DNA of 64,000 nucleotides from the human T2T-CHM13v2.0 reference genome, Homo sapiens: NCBI RefSeq assembly GCF_009914755.1, contig NC_060947.1; one strand, 5' to 3'. Shown piece by piece: positions 62,020 to 64,000 of this stretch (position 1 is its first letter; each line of letters starts with the position of its first letter). The notes under the pieces were generated by a model. It saw only the letters and a program-made list of their open reading frames with translations, ran no database searches and was not told where the DNA came from. The position numbers and the translations under genes were made by a program.

Positions 62020-64000
62020 GTGTGGAGCAAGATGGCAGAATAGAAGGCACTATCAATTGTTTCCCCAACAATGACACCTATTTAACAACTATCTACACAA
62101 AAAAGCACGTTTGTAAGACGCAAAAATCATGTGAGTACTCACAGTACTTGATTTTATCTTTATATTCCTGAAAAAGAGACTGAAGAGGTGGGAAAAACAG
62201 TCTTGAATCACTGACGCCACTTCTCATCCCCCAGCAGTAGCAGCATGGTGCAGAGAACATTTCTGTGTGCTGGGGGAGGAAGAGCCAGCAATTGTGTGGC
62301 AATGAACTCGGTGATGCCCTTGTTATAACAGAAAGGAAAAACCAGACAAAACTCACCTGACACCTGTCTAAGGAGAGAGCATTTGAACTAGACCTAGCCA
62401 GATGGGAATTGCCTATCTCGATGGTCAGAACTTGAGTTCCCACAACCCTCACCACTGAGGGATAAAGTGCTCTGAAGCCCTAATAAACTTGAAAGGCAGT
62501 CTAGGCCACAAGGACTGCAACACTCACATAAGTCGTAGTGCTGAACTGGTCCTAGAGACAATGGACTGAGGGGCGTGCAATCTAATGAGACATCAGCCGG
62601 GGCAGCTCAGAAAGTGCTGGTATTACCCGTCTCCTAACACCAGGCTGCAGAGCGGGTGGCTCCAAAAGTGAACCCTTCCCTCTGCGTGAGGAGAGGAAAT
62701 GGAAGAGTGGGGAAAACTTTGTCTTGCATCTTGGATATCAGCTTCAACACAGCAGGATAGGGCATCAATCAGTGTCATGAAGTCCACTTTCCAGGACCTA
62801 GCTTCCAGATGACATTTCTAGACACACTCGATGGAAGGAGAAGTTGCTGCCTTAAAGGGAAGGACCGAGTCCTGGTAAGATTTATCATCTGCTAACTGAG
62901 GAGCCATTTGGAACTGAATAATCACCAGTGACATGCAGGAAATAGATTAAGGGACTTGGGCAAGACTCTGAGACTTGCTGGCTTCAGGTGATACCCAGCA
63001 CACTCCCAGCTGTAGTGGTTATGGGGTAAGACTCCTTCTGCCTGAGAAAAGGAAAGGAAAAAGTAAAGCGTACTTTGTCTTTCACCTTAGGTACCAGTGC
63101 AGTCACAAAAGTGTAGAGCACCAATGAGGCTCTTTTGTTCCTTTATTCCAGGATTGGGCTCTTGAATGGCATTTCTGGATCTGCCCTGGGCCAAAGAAGA
63201 TCGCAGCGCTCTGAAGAGTGAGTCCCTCTTCAGGCAGCATTCAACACAATCTGACTAAAGAGCCTTTAGGCCTTGAGGGGATATCAGTGGTAGTTTGGCA
63301 CTATTCCCCATGGGACTGAGTTGGTGGTGGCCACCTGGTGAGGCTCCTCTGCTTTTAGAAATGGTAGAAAAAGTGGAAAGTACTATGTCTTGTGGTTTGA
63401 GTGTCAACCCTACTAAAGTATAATAAAACATCAGGTAGATTTATAGTTTTTTACTCTAGTTATTGGCTATTGGATGGCATCTCTGGACCCCTGCAGAGCC
63501 AGCGGGAGCTTACCACTCTGAAAGGAGAAACAGGACCAGCTGGCTTTGCCATCTACTGATTGTACTGCACCAGGGCTTTGAGCAAACATAGGCAGTAACC
63601 AGGGAGTTTTGACAGACCTTGGGCAAGACCTAGTGCTGTGCTGGCTTTGGGTCTCACCCAGTGTAGTCCTAAAGGTCGTGGTCACAGTGGTGCTTGTGTC
63701 ACTCTACACTCAGTTCCAGGTGATTCAAACTAGAGAGAGAGATACTTCATTTGTTTGGGAGAAACTAAGAAGAAAGGACAAGAGTCTCTGCTTTTTAATC
63801 CAGATAATTCTCAGAGATCTTATCGAAGACCATCAAGGCAGTACCTCTAGGCAACTTCAAGAACCACAGCATTTACAGGGCTTGGTATCCACCCTAAAGC
63901 AGATACAGCTTAGATCACAATACCCAAGTTGTCTTGAATATATGAAAAGCCTTCCCAAGAAGGATGGCTACAAACAAGCCCAGCCTATGGAGACTACAAT
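62020..64000 (+). mobile_element. L1 (L1M1/L1MA-like) 5'UTR, continues beyond window
   Basis: ggagcaagatggcagaatagaagg start with a YY1-like CAAGATGGC; inverted homology to 54900-56435. Confidence 0.85.

Overview
Primate (human-like) genomic DNA: AT-rich, with Alu, L1, L2, MIR, MaLR, ERV and hAT repeats. I found no intact protein-coding gene, RNA gene or prokaryote-type system. The first ~21 kb is relatively repeat-poor and carries a chain of minus-strand segments with canonical splice sites (about 14450 down to 80). Their translations are protein-like but interrupted by stops and frameshifts. I read this as a decayed multi-exon (probably unitary) pseudogene. It has an N-terminal helical region and a C-terminal EGF-like remnant, tentatively resembling the SE-cephalotoxin-like/rapunzel-type family; this is inferred from remembered motifs and needs a homology search. 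From ~21.6 kb onward the window is mostly nested transposable elements. These include an internally deleted HERV-L provirus (MLT2A LTRs, TSD ATAGC, in-frame Alu in gag, dUTPase remnant), MST/THE1 elements, a MER57-interrupted L1, a MER11 solo LTR and several old L1s. Repeat subfamily calls and boundaries are by eye and approximate.
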